Source of the DNA: Candidatus Thorarchaeota archaeon
Lineage (GTDB): Archaea > Asgardarchaeota > Thorarchaeia > Thorarchaeales > Thorarchaeaceae
Assembly (NCBI GenBank): GCA_011364985.1
Contig: RDOC01000001.1
Span: forward strand, 256,001-320,000
Length of the DNA stretch: 64,000 nt
Direction of reading: 5' to 3'
This document shows, one piece after another, positions 61,363-64,000 of this stretch. The notes below the pieces were generated by a model that had not been told where the DNA came from, ran no database searches, and saw only the letters and a list, made by a program, of their open reading frames with translations. Position numbers and translations under genes: made by a program. Position 1 is the first letter of the stretch, and the number at the start of each line of letters is the position of its first letter.

Positions 61363-63492
61363 CTAGTAGACATCCTCCAAGTTTGTTTTCCAGCTTGGAA
61401 GTATTCGTTCAAGCATGAAGATAGACACAAGACTGGGGACAGCCAGAAGAACGCCGAGAACAATGGTGGCCGGAGTAAACTTGTAGACCTCAGTCGTATA
61501 GATGAAATCTATCAGAACGGATAGATAATGCTCCTGAATATTGTCGATTACAAGAATGAATTTCGTTAATTCCACCGGATGGACTGCCATCCCAGTTCCT
61601 TGGAAGCTAAATCGCCATAGAACGTAAGTGATGTTCTTTGGAGAGAACTGCCATTCAGCGATGACAGCATCGGATATAATCTGACCCGTTTCGTTTATGC
61701 CTTGGAAATAGAGTTCCACATCAGCATATCGGCCGAATGTCGGATCCCAATCTGATGAAATAAGAAGAACAATCTCTGTATCGATAGTGACATCTATGGT
61801 TACATCTCGAGAATAGATCGCTCTTATTCTACTCAGCTGTTCTAGCGATGTGTCTTCAGTCGCACTAACAGAGAACGCACCGATTCCGTTCTTAGATTCT
61901 ATCTGGGCAGATACTTGACTTCCATTAAGCCCGCTGTCTGTGAAGTCCAGATAAGCATCCCAAGCATCGACGTCAATGAATTCATCATTCCAAGTACGAT
62001 TCTCTTCATATCCAAGAGAGAGGAAATTGTCATGTGTGTAGCTTGGATAGAGTAATAACATGCAGGCAAGAATAAGGCAGACAACTCTTCTATCATCAAG
62101 GAAGAGCAGTGGTATAAGAGGCCACAGAAGATACCATCCATAGAACACCTGCTTTGAGAGAGTAATGAGAAGTAGCATTGTCACGGACGCAACCAAACCA
62201 AGGGATGCAATGGACACCTTTCGGTCGGATGCAAAGCGCCATCGTTTCCAGGCAGTGATCATGAGCAGGAGAGCAATGGACGAGGCGGCTACGCCACGGG
62301 AGAGGGCAATGTTTGTAGGATATCTCCAGAATACTCCAAGTGCTGGCGGAATGAAGGGATAGACAATGGCAAGAAAAGACATGAACACGAAGAGAAAGCC
62401 GATGCAGAAAGTGAGGACGTTATAGGTTAGCGTCGTAGGCAAAGATACAGCTCCGGTCGAACGACCGATAAAGAAGCCGAGCAGCAAAAGCACTGCAATT
62501 CCAATCATCGAGATAGTGACTAAATGGATAGGACCAAGCTCGAAGATGAATCCAATCATGGCATCAAAGAAACCAGTCTGCAAACCCGGCATAGCAGTTC
62601 CTGGAAAAAGAAGATCGCCTCGCAGCCATACTGGAATTGAGAATGGGATGAATGTCAAAAAGAATATAGCTGTCGTACCAAGCATGAACTCGACCTTCTT
62701 CCGATTGCCCGCTATGGATAGAAGAAGTATAGGAAGAATGAATACGGGATAGATTTTCGTAGCAATGCTTAGCCCAAATGGTATTGTTCCGAGAAGTGCA
62801 CGATTTTCAAACAAGCAACACAAAGCAATCAAAAGGAACAGGTTGGCCAGAGGTTCAAAATGCCCGTTCAGTCCGGATTCTATCACCGAAAAAGGCAGAA
62901 AGGCGTAGAAGAAAGGAGCAATCTGCAGTGTGTGATTTGCAGGATGGCTCTGCTTCATCCACCAGAGAGTTGTAACGATTAAGACATCAAGCGCTATTGC
63001 TAGTATTCTATACGAGTCAACAGTGGGAGCTATAAGCATGATTCCGTAGATGAAATACCCGAAAACGGGGGGGTATGGAAAATAGAAGTCCGCATAAGGC
63101 ATATCACCCCAAGACATGAAATCCCCAAAGTCCAGATACCAGAGGGCATCAAGCGAAATGAGTACTTCCGAACCGAGGAACACAGTTCGAGGTATCACTG
63201 TGAGTACTATCAATATCACTAGGGATTTTCGCGACCATAGAATTACTCCGTGTAGGGAGCTGTCCTTCTCTAGCAGATAAAGAATCAGGCCCATCGTTAG
63301 AATATACAGGGCAGCCCAGACAAAGATTACTATGAAGAAAGGCATCATGGAGTCGCATACAATGCGCATAGATATCGAAGGTATGAGATTCAGTGCGAGA
63401 AGCAAAAGGAGAATTGAAACACCTCTTAGGTCAGAAGGAGAACCTCTAATTGAATTGTCGATCTCAGGCTTAAAGACATCTTCTATCTCCAA
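61363..63492 (-). CDS. GT87/PIG-M-like GT-C glycosyltransferase with C-terminal soluble domain and anchor
   Basis: SLDALWY...GDMPYADFYFPYPP, GHFEPL, IATKIYP, KQVFYGWYLLW. Confidence 0.72.
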   Translation of the reverse strand: MEIEDVFKPEIDNSIRGSPSDLRGVSILLLLLALNLIPSISMRIVCDSMMPFFIVIFVWAALYILTMGLILYLLEKDSSLHGVILWSRKSLVILIVLTVIPRTVFLGSEVLISLDALWYLDFGDFMSWGDMPYADFYFPYPPVFGYFIYGIMLIAPTVDSYRILAIALDVLIVTTLWWMKQSHPANHTLQIAPFFYAFLPFSVIESGLNGHFEPLANLFLLIALCCLFENRALLGTIPFGLSIATKIYPVFILPILLLSIAGNRKKVEFMLGTTAIFFLTFIPFSIPVWLRGDLLFPGTAMPGLQTGFFDAMIGFIFELGPIHLVTISMIGIAVLLLLGFFIGRSTGAVSLPTTLTYNVLTFCIGFLFVFMSFLAIVYPFIPPALGVFWRYPTNIALSRGVAASSIALLLMITAWKRWRFASDRKVSIASLGLVASVTMLLLITLSKQVFYGWYLLWPLIPLLFLDDRRVVCLILACMLLLYPSYTHDNFLSLGYEENRTWNDEFIDVDAWDAYLDFTDSGLNGSQVSAQIESKNGIGAFSVSATEDTSLEQLSRIRAIYSRDVTIDVTIDTEIVLLISSDWDPTFGRYADVELYFQGINETGQIISDAVIAEWQFSPKNITYVLWRFSFQGTGMAVHPVELTKFILVIDNIQEHYLSVLIDFIYTTEVYKFTPATIVLGVLLAVPSLVSIFMLERILPSWKTNLEDVY

Positions 63493-63630
63493 GAGACTCG
63501 CCTCATTGTTGTTAGGATATGAACACGTTCAAGATAGCAAATTATCTGCTTTTCGCAAAATGTATACATATCAGTCTATTGTAGAAAGCCTCGGGCATTG
63601 TCCTAAAAGGTAATGGTGCTTCATCTATGG

Positions 63631-63999
63631 TCAAGCGCTCTTCCAATTCAACAGTCCTGAGAGGAAAGCTCTTCCCACCATTGCCAGATAGAATAGCATG
63701 AGCTGAATACTCATCTTACTCTCTCCACGCCTTCGATTCTCAAAGTTGATTGGAATCTCTGCATAGCGAAGAGAGCAATTTCCAATGATTACCTCCAGAA
63801 CAAACTTAGAACCAGGATTCTTAATGCTCTCAATGAGAATGTCACTCGATCTCACTGCCACAAAACCACTCATCGGGTCTTTGACTGGCATTCTGAACAG
63901 CGCTTTTGCAATTGCAGTTGCACCTTTACTCATGACAACTCGATAAGCTGGCCAGCCTTTCACACCACCGCCAAGAATGTACCTTGATCCGATTACAAC
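63631..63999 (-). CDS. GT2 DPM1-like polyprenol-phosphate glycosyltransferase (5'-partial)
   Basis: VVIGSRYILGGGVKGW...KDPMSGF...EIPINFENRRRGESKM; runs off the window end. Confidence 0.9.
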   Translation of the reverse strand, partial: VVIGSRYILGGGVKGWPAYRVVMSKGATAIAKALFRMPVKDPMSGFVAVRSSDILIESIKNPGSKFVLEVIIGNCSLRYAEIPINFENRRRGESKMSIQLMLFYLAMVGRAFLSGLLNWKSA

Positions 64000-64000
64000 A

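Noticed and set aside
1-64000. CRISPR arrays, tRNA/rRNA, IS elements, selenoprotein TGA read-through
   Set aside because: By eye I found no repeat-spacer periodicity, cloverleaf/T-loop motifs, transposase ORFs or in-frame TGA at catalytic Cys positions. tRNAscan-SE/Infernal would be needed to be certain.

Overview
Archaeal genomic window; probably Asgard/Thorarchaeia-like, an inference from the A/V-type ATPase, ApgM, GAGGTGA-type RBSs and expanded GT-C proteins rather than from a marker gene. 1-22.2 kb is housekeeping: a split A/V-ATP synthase locus (H,E facing C,K) with an AtpZ/AtpI-like neighbour, a LarA-family racemase, an FGGY kinase, a GIY-YIG nuclease, an isolated complex-I/Mrp-like membrane arm (J1-J2-K-L-M-D/N), a UPF0182 protein, a nucleotide-sugar dehydrogenase and apgM-eno-pyk. 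22.5-64 kb is a ~41 kb surface-glycan island with 6 large GT-C-type membrane proteins, 8 GT4, 2 DPM1-like GT2, 2 flippases, 3 SDR epimerases, a CapK-like ligase and DUF362. The top candidate for a novel system is the coupled operon GT4(N-x7-E) - murA - frhB-like Fe-S/flavin reductase - flippase (32.5-37.9 kb). It holds an intact bacterial peptidoglycan-type MurA with no MurB or Mur ligases in the window. This suggests an archaeal route to an enolpyruvyl/lactyl-ether (muramic-acid-like) sugar for a surface glycan. I saw no rRNA, tRNA, CRISPR array or transposase.
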